Assembly (NCBI RefSeq): GCF_963921235.1
Contig: NC_086097.1
Location: forward strand, 240,624,001-240,688,000
Length of the DNA: 64,000 nt
DNA from: Mobula hypostoma
Lineage: Eukaryota
Direction: 5' to 3'
In this document: piece after piece, positions 50,576 to 61,862 of the stretch
Numbering within the stretch: position 1 is the stretch's first letter
Layout: every line of letters begins with the position of its first letter
The notes under the pieces: generated by a model
Told to the model about the DNA's origin: nothing
The model's input: the letters and a program-made list of their open reading frames with translations, nothing else
The model's database searches: none
Program-made: the position numbers and the translations under genes

Positions 50576-51408
50576 TGTCACGTACCCCGTGACGGGTTAA
50601 AGAACCAGCAGAAATAGAAAACACCTTAGAGTCTGGTATTGCTATTAACTTATACTCATCTATTAGTAACAACGCAATACAGTTATATAAATTCAAATAT
50701 ATCAAACAGGTTAGCAATGATTATATAGACATAAGTGTGGAAATATATGAAAACCAAGCTTCTTCAAGTCTAGGGGTAAATAGATACAGTCTTATGGTGA
50801 TGAGTAAAGTTCAGTTCAGTTCGTGGTATTCAGTTGAGTAGTGATGGAGATAGAGAGAGCAGTTTTGCTCTTCAGGTGAGCTGATGCCGTCGATTCTTCC
50901 TGTTGTCCTCCGAAATCCTTTAGAAATCATCGACTGTGACCGCAATAAAGGGGACTGTTCTTCTGTGGTGGAATTATCAACCCAGGCGAGGGTTGGACAC
51001 ACGAATAACTCCCCACAGGTCATACCTTTTTCACACTGCAAGAGCCACTGATCCATCCACCTGATCGATCCTCCAAAAACCCACCTTTCTGCAGGCACAA
51101 CAAAGCTCATCCACTGTACAAAATGATGTGTCTGTGAGTCTATCAGCTGACCTTCTATTTATCTCACCATGCTGAACACTAGCTGTCCATCAAGTAGCTC
51201 CTCCCTTGTCTCTCTGTAAGAACACAGAAGCTGGCAGTATCCTTGTAAAAGTGTAAACATGCTGCAGAGAAACCATAACACTATCTCAAAGCAGTCTTCG
51301 CCTCTCTCTCTCTCTTAATAACAAGGTGCTTGTGTTGAACAACTCTCTCTGTCTCTTTTTAAAGGTATAGTCCATAAAAAGAAATATGACCCCTAGGGGT
51401 ACATAACA
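50576..51408. mobile_element. Solo LTR, 833 bp, 4-bp TSD
   Basis: CTAC|TGTCACGTACCCC...GGGGTACATAACA|CTAC; TG..CA ends with a short imperfect inverted repeat. Confidence 0.85.
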
Positions 51409-52350
51409 CTACTGTCAGTCATACAAGTTCCAGGTGGAGATTCAGGAATACCATCGCACTCAGATGTAGAAGGACTCTTCATTGCTGTTTCCATAACAGT
51501 TTTGTTTTACCAATCAAGATTGTTAGCCCTGAGCTGAACCCCTCAACCTAGAGGACCGGTGGACCACTCTTGGTCTGGTCTGGCCTTTACCTTTGACCTC
51601 TTTGGCAGGGGTGTCCCTACCAATGCACAAAGCCCTGACTCCAGCCAACCTAGCTCTCCAGGTCATTGAGGCACACGAGCCTCCAAACCATGACAAGGTT
51701 GCGGTCCTCTTGGAAGGGAAATTGTCTGCCAGACATCGTTTCACATAACCAGGACTTGTGATATGCACCAGCTGCCCATATGACTATCCACCACCTGCTT
51801 CCATGGCTTCACATGACCCTGATTGGGGAGGGGAGGGGTGCGTCTAAGCAGGTGTCACACCTTGCCCAAAGGTGATCTGCAGGCTAGCGGAGGGAAGGGG
51901 CGCTTTACACCTCCTTTCGTAGAAACGTTTCTCCAACCCACCACCCGTATTAGCCTATTATCCTCTCATTACCCCTCATTATTTTGTGTGCCTCTATCAA
52001 ATCATCCCACATGCTTCAAGGGATAAAGTCCTAACCAATTCAACCTTTCCCTATAAGTCAGATTTTCAGATCTTGTAAAAGGATTGGACAACTTCACTGA
52101 GATCAGAAAAAAGAACTTGATTATATATGCTGAAGTGTTTACACAGAATATAATTGAGTGCATTTACTTCAATCACCAAGAACATGAAGATTTACGCTTG
52201 CCTTTCTCAACTTCTATCAAACTCTATCAATATGTTTACTTTTAAAGATTGGAAATGCCACTATTGGCCACAAGAGCTTGGCTCTGAAGTTAAAGCATAG
52301 CGATCACTATGAAAGAGACCATACTACCGAACCCAAGAAAGACAAACTCC

Positions 52351-52384
52351 GTCCTGACGAAGGGTCTCGGCCTGAAACGTCGAC
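52351..52384 (+). ncRNA. Minimal type I hammerhead ribozyme motif, intact core
   Basis: GUC-CUGACGA-AGG(GUCUCGG)CCU-GAAAC-GUC-GAC. Confidence 0.78.
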
Positions 52385-52481
52385 TGCAGCTCTTCCTAGA
52401 GATCTGCCTGGCCTGCTGCGTTCACCAGCAACTTTGATGTGTGTTGCTTGAATTGCCAGCATCTGCAGAATTCCTGTTGTT
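52351..52481 (+). mobile_element. Short Penelope-like insertion beginning at the hammerhead motif
   Basis: Nearly identical to 32425-32558. Confidence 0.88.
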
Positions 52482-53208
52482 AACTTGGAATTTATAAATT
52501 CACAACAAAAATACTTTCAGTGGCAATGTCTGTATGGCTGAAAAAGACAAAAAGCTGACTATGAGGCAGTGATAATTAGAGCAATAAAAAGCCTCAGGTA
52601 ATGAGAGTGAGTGCTTAAATTTATTTCCCCAAAATGAAAGAATTGAGTTTGAATTTGTGAGGAATTGGTGATACAGTGGGGTGGCGAGTTTGTTTTTCAT
52701 AACCGGGTAATAATTTGGAAGTCTGTCATATCAAAATTTTGTCAGAATAATCTGTTCTGCATGCAAATTTTATCATCACTCTTTTCTGAGGTTTCCATTT
52801 CAGCTGGCTTCAGTTGGTACCTCGGTAGCTTCAGAACATTTCCAGAGGCATCTGTCAATATTCTCGCAAAGCTTTCAGGGGCCGTCTGCCAGTCGCCAGA
52901 GACACAGTCAAAGCATGGTAAACCAGATAGGCCAATTTTAATTACATTTCACAGAGAGAGCTAAAAAAAAATCTAAAGGACATTCTAAGCCAAAATAAAA
53001 CTGCAATCTAGGTAGCGGCCAACACTGAGCTTTTACAAGAATGAAGACAAGCAATTATTTTGTCCATACTGTTATGAGAATCACTCCACACTTTTGTGGA
53101 TAAAAAATGTCAAGTTCTAGAGGTTTGTAAGGTCGTGCTTACTTAACTACATATTTTAACAGCAGTTGCCAGATATAAAGTACGTATTATTACTTCATGC
53201 AAACATTA

Positions 53209-54000
53209 CCCTAGACAACAAAGATCTTGCTTCCTGAATACTTTTGGATGTATCTTATGGATTTTAGGCTGCAGATCATGAAAATCGCCATGAAATTTCC
53301 CTATCATGCACAATATGTTTTTAATCGCCTATATTTGTTATTTCAATTCATAATTCAAGACAGAATAACAGATGCCAAGATTAACAGAGGTATTTTTGTT
53401 CGTCCAAAAATCAAACAGGTCACCAGTGACAGGCAATTCAAAGAACTTCTAGTGGGACCGGAGAAAATCATATGGATGGTGTTGAAAATTTTCTTGGCAA
53501 CTACAAAACACCAAACTATGTGCAGCTGATTGACAACATGCTTCAAGCATACAAAACCATGAAGTGCAACATGTCACTAAAGATTAACTTTCTACATTCC
53601 CACTTAGACTTCTTCCCTGCAAATCTTGGCACTGTCAGTGACGACCATGGTGAAAGATTTCACCAGGACGTTGCAGTCATGGAGAAATGGTATCAGGGCA
53701 ACTGGAATCCATTAATGCTGCCTGATTATTGTTGGACACTTAAGTGAGAAGCCTCAGACACTGAGTGCAAATGAAAATCACCTACAAAACATTTTAGCTC
53801 AGTTGAACTATTGCAAAGAGTCAGAACTATTATGCAATTAAACACATTGTGTTCAATTAAAGTTAATTACTTGTTTCTCCAAATTCTTACATGGTAAAAA
53901 TAGTCTGAAATTATATTTGCGTTCAGCTTCAAGTGGTGTAACATAAACAAAAAAAAAATTCTGAGGAAACAACACTTTGGAAAAAATTTGTTGTCCAGTG
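53209..54000 (+). mobile_element. Chapaev3-like (CMC) DNA transposon, internally deleted
   Basis: TTA|CCCTAGACAACAAA...TTTGTTGTCCAGTG|TTA (12/14 TIR match, 3-bp TSD); MSLKINFLHSHLDFFPANLGTVSDDHGERFHQD..YQGNWN..DYCWTL. Confidence 0.78.
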
Positions 54001-54024
54001 TTATCCAAGAAAAGATCTAATATC

Positions 54025-54508
54025 AATGAGATGGAAAGAGTACAGAAAAATTTGCAAGGATGTTGCTGGGGCTTGAAGACCTGAGTTATAGGGAAAGGTT
54101 AAATAGGTTTGGAGTTTATTCCCTGGAGTGTAGGAGAATGGGGGGGAGAAGTGATAGAGGTATATATAATTATCAGGAGGTTATAGATCAGATAAATGCA
54201 AGCAGACTTTTTCCACTGAGGTTGGGTGAGACTAGAACTAGAGATCATGGGTTAAGGGTGAAAGGTGATATGTTTAAGGGGAACATGAAGGGGAACTTCT
54301 TCACTCAGAGGAAAGTGAGAGTGTGGAATGAGCTGCCAGCAGAAGTAATTGATGTGAGTTTGATTTCACTTAAGAAAAATTTGGATAGACATATGGATGG
54401 AAAGGGTGTGAAAGGCTATGGTCTAGGTGCAGGTTGATGGGGCTAGGGAGAACTGGATGGACACACTAGATGGGTCAGAGGACCTGTAGTGGTCTATGAT
54501 TCTATGAC
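54025..54508 (+). mobile_element. CR1 3' fragment
   Basis: LSYRERLNRFGVYSLECRR..NFFTQRKVRVWNELP. Confidence 0.85.
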
Positions 54509-55715
54509 ACTAAAAGCTAATATTGAGCTGCAGTACATAGAAAATGTTAGAGAAGATGAAGATCTTGTTCAAAAAGGTAATTTTTAACTACCATCTGAAA
54601 ATGAATGAGAGGTACAAGGTGAAGAGATTAGGATTCTTCAGTTGAAGGATTGCCACTAAAAGCAAAACAATTGAATTTGAGGACAAAGAACTGAATTATA
54701 GATGCTCAGACATCTCAAAAGGAGACTATAAAGGTATGAAGACATGAGACTTTGCACTATCCAATATACCAAGCTACAACCTCCGTTGAATCACAGATCA
54801 GATTTAGTTGTGTTTTAATTGTTTAATTTTTAGGTTTGTGGGGATGGTTTTGAGGACAGAGAGGGGAGTTAGGCGTCAGGTTAGGGTTTAGGGACAGGAA
54901 TGTAAGAGGATTAGAGGTCAGGTCTAAGTCCCCACTGTGCATTCAAAGTCCAGCTACACAGATGGCAGACCAATGGAGAGTAAACGAGCTGCCCCCGCCC
55001 CCCCCTCCACCAGGTAACCAAATTGTCAGTGGGTTCCAGAGTTGGAATTCCATGTGGGCAGAAGAATCAAGTTCCAATGACTCCCTGGGTTCACAGATTG
55101 GTGAGACCAGAGTCCTAGGTTGAGTGTTCAGGTTGGCGTACTGATGCCAAGAATCGAGGCCCATGGGTTGAACCAGAAGTCTGGAAGTCAAGGCAGGTTG
55201 GGCAGAGGTGAGCCTGCAAGTCTCTGCGAGCCCACTGTGGAGGTCAAAGCCTGGTGTCTGCAGGTCTGTTTTCGTGTCCACTTCCGGAGTTAAAGGACTG
55301 TATTCTGTATTTGTTCTGCCGAGCATTGTGGGCATGCTATGCTGGGCCAGAATGTGTGGTGACACTTGGTAATTACTCTCAGCACACCCTGTTGGTGCAC
55401 TGGGGTTAACGCAACCCATGTACTTCACTGTATGCTCTGATGCACATGAAATTAAACTTGAATTTTAAATCTTGAAGTGATATATGGGAATATCAAAACT
55501 GAGGTTTTGCTTCACAGATCAACATACTGAAAATGTAGATAAATCGAATTTATACAATTTAACGGGCAGGCAGTAGTTCATTGTCTGACAGTAGTGTGGC
55601 GCAGAAGGGCAGGCGGATGGAGGGTCTTGTCGTGCTCATGTTGAGTGAAATGCCCATTTTATCGTTTGCTTCAGTAAACTAGTAGATGATGGCTTAGAAC
55701 GCAAGTCTGGGTCCA

Positions 55716-56390
55716 GAGGAAAGACCACAGATGCTGGAAATCTGGAACAATACGCTCAAGTTGCTGAAGGAACTCAGCAGGCCAGCCAGCATCTATGGAA
55801 GGAAGTGAACCGCTGACATTTCAGGCTAAGACCCTTCATCAGAACTGGAATAAGAGAAGCCAGAATAAAAGGGTGTGGAGATGAGGAGAAGCACAAGCAG
55901 GTAGGTGAGTGGTGAATCCAGGTGAGAGGGAGAAGGTAGGTAGATGGGGGGAGGGGTGAAGTGGGAATAAAGTGAAATGCTAGGAGATGATTGGTGGAAG
56001 TGGGCACATGGCCAAGTGGTTAAGGCATTGGACTAGCTACCTGAAGGTTGTGAGTTCAAGCCCCAGCCGAGAGAACGTGTTGCGTCCTTGAGCAAGGCAC
56101 TTAATCACACATTGCTCTGCGACGACACCGGTGCCAAGCTGTATGGGTCCTCATGCCCTTCCCTTGGACAACATCGGTGTAATGGAGAGGGGAGACTTGC
56201 AGCATGGGCAACTGCTGGTCTTCCATACAACCTTGCCCAGGCCTGCGCCCTGGAGAGTGAACACTTTCCAGGCGCAGATCCATGGTCTCACAAGACTAAC
56301 GGGTTGGTGGAAGAAGCAAAGGGCTGAAGAAAGACTCTGAAAGGAGAGGCAGTAGACCATGGAATAGAGAGAAGGAGGTGGAAAACAGAG
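55716..56390 (-). mobile_element. Older Penelope-like fragment with diverged hammerhead motif, interrupted by a SINE
   Basis: Reverse complement of ~55811-55846: AGTT CTGATGA AGGGTCTTAGCCT GAAATGTC AGCG. Confidence 0.72.
56001..56303 (+). mobile_element. tRNA-head SINE with RTE-derived 3' end
   Basis: Homologous to 36816-37116; TSD TTGGTGGAAG at 55991-56000 and 56304-56313. Confidence 0.9.
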
Positions 56391-57494
56391 GAGATACCAA
56401 GACTGTGTTCTGCAGTTTGACTACTGAGGCTCAGGTGAATATAGTTCTGTAATGTGCCAAGGTTGAACTGTTTTCCATTAGCTCTGAAGACTAGTTCACT
56501 CCCATTGGAAGTCTTTTGGAGATGAGGCACAACCCCCTTTACTGAGAGGAACACTGAAAACAGTGTTGGGACAATAATGCTGTGTCATTTGACATTGATC
56601 TTCGCTGAGATTGACTCTATTTCTTACATGCCATTATGAAACAAAAGCATGATGGGAATAAGTTACAGTGGACTCCTAATTTTGAAGAGGGTGTCTCACA
56701 GTTTCTCCAAGATGATGGAGTTGAAAGGTGTCTTGAAGTCAAATAAGGCCATGTCCGCTGGCTGGTGCTGACTGACCGCTGTCTCTCTGCTCTCACTATT
56801 CAAACCAGTGAGAGGACAGACATCCAGATCCCTCACCAGCAGCGAAATATCAATGTCAGTGTGTGGAAAGCATCATCCCGTGTATGGGACAGCGCGGCAC
56901 CATAGCAGTTAGCGCAAAGCTTTACAGTGCGAGTGATTAAGGTTTCAGTTACTGCTGCAGCCTGTAAGAGTTTGTAAGTTTTCACCATGACCATGAGGGC
57001 TTCCTGCAGGTGCTCCAGTTTCCTCCGGCATCCCAAACAAGTGTGGATTAGGGTCTGTAAGTTGTGGACATGCAATGCTGGCGCAGGACGTGTGGCAGCG
57101 CTGTGAGCTGCCTCTAGCACATCCTCAGACTTTGCTTGTTGTAAATAACACAGCTCACTGTATGTTTCAATGTACATATAATAAATAGAGCTGATCTGAA
57201 TACTATCTTATCTTGTACTGCAGCTAATTGATGTCCCAATAGGTTAGAGTGCAATAATAGATACACCGCAGCCGTTTGACAGTTCCCTGCAAGTTCTGCA
57301 TTCGGAATGCACCGCTATGCACTCCACAGCCTGCTGACAGTTCTCCACAGATCGCTCAGCTGGGACCTGCCCTTGTATACATTCCTCCACAAGCCTATCA
57401 GGGTGGGAGACTTTGGGACACACGCTGCAGCTTACTACCATGTCTGTACATACCCTCCGTTAGATATCAACACATAGTCTAAACACTAATATTC

Positions 57495-58275
57495 GAGTCA
57501 AGTCAAGTCACTTTTTATTGTCATTTCAACCATAACTGCTGGTACAGAACATAGTAAAAATGAGACAATGTTTTCCAGGATCATGGTGCTACATGAAGCA
57601 ATACAAAAACTACACTGAACTACGTAAGAAAAAACACAAAAACTAAACTAGGCTACAGACCTATCCGGGACTGCATAAAGTGCACAAACAGTGCAGGCAC
57701 TAAAATAAATAATAACAAATAATAAACAAGACAGTAGTCACAGTAGATGGTATAGTAGGTTGGTGTCAAGCCAGGCTCTGGGTATTGAGGAGTCTGATGG
57801 CTTGGGGGAAGAAACTGTTACGTAGTCTGGTCGTGAGAGCCCGAATGCTTCGGTGCCTTTTTCCAGATGGCAGGAGGGAGAAGAGTTCATATGAGGGGTG
57901 CGTGGGGTCCTTCGTAATGCTGTTTGCTTTGCGGATGCAGCGTGTGGTATAAATGTCTGTGATGGCGGGAAGAAAGACCCCGATGATCTTCTCAGCTGAC
58001 CTCACTATCCACTGCAGGGTCTTGCAATCCAAGATGGTGCAATTTCCGAACCAAGCAGTGATACAGCTGCTCAGGATGCTCTCGAAACATCCTCTGTAGA
58101 ATGTGGTGAGGATGGGGGGTTAGGAGGTGGAGTTTTCTCAGCCTTCACAGAAAGTAGAGATGCTGCTGGGCTTTCTTTGCTATGGAGCTGGTGTTGAGGG
58201 ACCAGGTGAGATTCTCTGCCAGGTGAACACCAAGAAATTTGGTGCTCTTAACGATCTCTATGCAGGAGTCGTCCA
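57495..58275 (-). mobile_element. Rex1-type LINE 3' fragment
   Basis: KTLQWIVRSAEKIIG..KDPTHPSYELFSLLPSGKR..RLRNSFFPQAIRLLN; (GACTT)n tail. Confidence 0.88.
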
Positions 58276-58334
58276 TTCATCCTAACTTTCTACCTATCCA
58301 GTACTGGAGAGCAAATTAACAGACTAATATTTCT

Positions 58335-58920
58335 GGCTAATAAAATATGTTGAGGCTTTATGAAGCATTGGTCAGATGCACTTGGAGTATTGTGAGCAGT
58401 TTTATGCCCCTTATCTAAGAAAAGATGTGCTGGTATTGGAGATGGTCCTGAGGAGAAGCACAAGAATGTTTCCTGGAATGAAGTGGTTAACTGGATGATG
58501 GCTCTGGGCCTGTATACACTGGAGTGTAGATGAATGAGGGGTGATCTCATTGAAGCTAATCAAATATTGAGAGACCTAGACAGAGTGGATGTGGAGAGGA
58601 TGTTTCCTAAAGCAGGGGAATCTAGTACCAGAGGGCACAGCCTCAGAATAGACGAATGTCGATTTGGAGCATTGATAAAGAAGAATTTATTTAGCCGGAG
58701 TGTGGTGAGTCTGTGGAATTCATTGCCACAGGTGGCTGCGGAGACCAAGTCATTGGATGTATTTAAACTGGAGATTCATTGATTCTTGACTAGTCAAGGT
58801 GTCAGAGGTTACAGGGGAATGGGGTTGAAAGGGATAATAATCAGCCATGATGGAATGGTGCAGCAAATTCAATAGACTAATGGCATAATTTTGCTCCTAC
58901 ATCTTCTGCCTTATGTCTTA
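58335..58920 (+). mobile_element. CR1 (subfamily B) 3' fragment
   Basis: MRGDLIE..DRVDVERMFP..TRGHSLRI..VVSLWNSLP. Confidence 0.85.
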
Positions 58921-59506
58921 TTTTGAGGACGGAGAAGTGTCAAGAGAGGACAGTTACAGTCGAAAGGCAACAATGTGATTTTGGATGATGTTGCCAAGGA
59001 AAATGGGTAACTGAGAAAGAAAGGGGAGGGCAATGATGGATCCTTGAGATGACTGCAGATGATGGTGTAGGAATGGGATGAGTGGGCACTGTTTGTGGTT
59101 CTAAGGTTATCCTAAGTTGGAGTTTATTGTCACATGCACTGGTACATGTTCCCACCGATGAAACGAAAAACTTACTTATAGCAGCATCGCGGGCGACAGA
59201 GCAACAGACAAGTAGCATTCACAAGAAAATCATGAACATAAATTGTACCAGAAAGAACACAATTAACATATATAAGCACGATCCGTTTTAGTGCAAAGTG
59301 ATGGAAGTGCTCATGGTTTTGTTCAACTGCAGTGACTGTGGTTGTGCAGGCTGGCCCAGGAACTGAGTGCTGAAAGGAAGGAACTGTTCTTGAATCTGTT
59401 GGGGCAGGACTTCAGGCTCTGTACCACCTGTCCAGTAGGAAATGTGAGAAGGTGGCATGACCCGGATGGTGGGGTTCTTGAGACTACGCCTCATGTAGAT
59501 GCTACC

Positions 59507-60228
59507 AAATGGCAGGATACTTGGTAGTGTGGAGGAGCAGAGGGATCTGGGGGTGCATGTCTACAGATCCCTGAAAGTTGCCTCACAGGTAGATAGGGTA
59601 GTTAAGAAAGCTTATGGGGTGTTAGCTTTCATAAGTCGAGGGATAGAGTTTAAGAGTCGCGATGTAATGATGCAGCTCTATAAAGCTCTGGTTAGGCCAC
59701 ACTTGGAGTACTGTGTCCAGTTCTGGTCGTCTCACTATAGGAAGGATGTGGAAGCATTGGAAAGGGTACAGAGGAGATTTACCAGGATGCTGCCTGGCTT
59801 AGAGAGTAGAATTATGTTCAGAGATTAAGGGAGCTAGGGCTTTACTCCTTGGAGAGGAGGAGGAGGATGAGAGGAGATATAATAGAGCTGTACAAGATAT
59901 TAAGAGGAATAGATAGAGTGGATAGCCAGCGCCTCTGTCCCAGGGCAACACTGCTCAATACAAGAGAAATGGCTTTAAGGTAAGGGGTGGGAAGTTCAAA
60001 GGGGATATTAGAGGAAGGTTTTTTACTCAGAGAGTGGTTGGTGCATGGAATGCACTGCCTGAGTCAGTGGTGGAGGCAGATACACTAGCGAAATTTAAAA
60101 GTCTGCGAGACAGGTATATGGAGGAATTTAAGGTGGGGGGATTATATGGGAGGCAGGGTTTGAGGGTCAGCACAACATTGTGGGCCGAAGGGCCTGTAAT
60201 GTGCTGTACTATTCTATGTATTCTATGT
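59507..60228 (+). mobile_element. CR1 3' fragment, same young subfamily as 10922-11852
   Basis: NGRILGSVEEQRDLGVHV..FKSRDVMMQLYK nearly identical to the 287-aa ORF. Confidence 0.92.
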
Positions 60229-61699
60229 ATTCACTGGTGGGTTGGGATGTGCCTGTGATGCATCGCAATAAATCCACTCATCTCTGCAGCTTCTGGAATA
60301 GATAGCAACAGAATGCGATGTGCAGACATGCCCAGCTCAACACTGGAGTAGAGATAAGGGACTCAAGTGATGTTTTATTATTACACAATAGACAAAATAA
60401 GGAGCACGAGGAGGAAAGATTACCTTTATCATAATTGTATAAAATGGCATTTATAATTGTTGTCGGATAATTGGTGACATGGCTGTAATTGGTTGGTGTG
60501 GTCTCATTGGGCCGGTGGGCCTGTATCTCTAACAGATAAATAAATACAAACAGACCTTGTGTGGGAGGAGCAGAATGGGTCAGGCAGCATCTATGGAAAG
60601 AAACGGGAAGTTGATGTGTCAGGTCGAGTCTTAACTTTTAGGTATATAACCAATAAATTAGATACCTAATACAATCAGCGTGTAAAACAAGGTAAATGTC
60701 CATTCTTGAAAGCTGATCTACCATCCTCCTGATTTTCAGTGTGATTCAATCATGAAATGTGAGCTCAGATGAAGGGCTAAATGGTATTGCTTCCCCTCTA
60801 CCAGATGAGAAGTTGAGAACGTTCTTGAGTGGAATGGTGCTGAGGAGGTTAGTGCTGCTGCTTTGCATTTCCATGGAACCAGGATCAATTCTGAGCCCAG
60901 ATGCTTTCTGTATGGAGTTTGCATGTTCGCTCAGTGACTCCATTCCTGGGTACCAACCTCTGTAGTATCCAAGACAACTTCAAGGAGCGTCCATCATTAA
61001 GGATCCCTAATACCCAAGATATTCCTCTTCATACTGTTACCATCAGGAACAACTTGTTCTCTTCTGCCATCAGATTTCTGAATGGACATTGTACCACTGA
61101 ACACTACCTCACTTTTTTTGGGGATTATTTCTGTTTTTGCACTATTTTAATTTAATTTTAATACACATATATACTCTTACTCTAATTGACTTGTTTACTT
61201 TTTTTCCCTCTGTATTTATCATGTAGTGAACTGCTGCCGCTAAGTTAAATTTCGCAACACTTGCCGGTGATAGTAGACCGGATTATGATTCTGATTATAC
61301 AGATGAGTTGGCTAAAATGCCTTACCACAACTGAAAAAATTAATGTCTCATATTCTTGCATTGCTGTAATTAATGACATCTGCATGAAAATAAAGCCACA
61401 GAACTATAACGTGACTGTAATGTGCTTGTCCAGTTATTTCAGTAAAAGGTAGGGTGGTGAATCTGTGGAATTCATTGTCATGGATGGCTGTGGAAGCTAA
61501 GATCAAGTAAATTTATTATCTAAGTACATTTATGTCACCAAATATAACCCTGAGGTCCATTTTCTTGCAGGCATACACAATAAATCCAACAACCATAATT
61601 GAATCAATGAAGGGCCACAGCAACAGGGTGGACAACCAGTATGCAAAATACAATAAACTATGCAAATGCGAAAAGAAAAAAAAGAAATAATGACAATAA

Positions 61700-61862
61700 T
61701 TGAAAGACTATGGAACATGAACTGGGTATACAATGTCCCAATAGTAATAGCTACAACTGGTATCATCCCCAAGTCACTACACAATAGCATTAAGCAATTA
61801 GACCCACACAACAATATTTATGCGAATCTCCAGAAAGCCACAATACTAAACACCACTACAAT
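61700..61862 (+). mobile_element. R4/Dong-like non-LTR retrotransposon C-terminal fragment
   Basis: IERLWNMNWVYNVPIVIATTGIIPKSLHNSIKQL...LQKATILNTT resembles the end of the restriction-like endonuclease domain. Confidence 0.68.
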
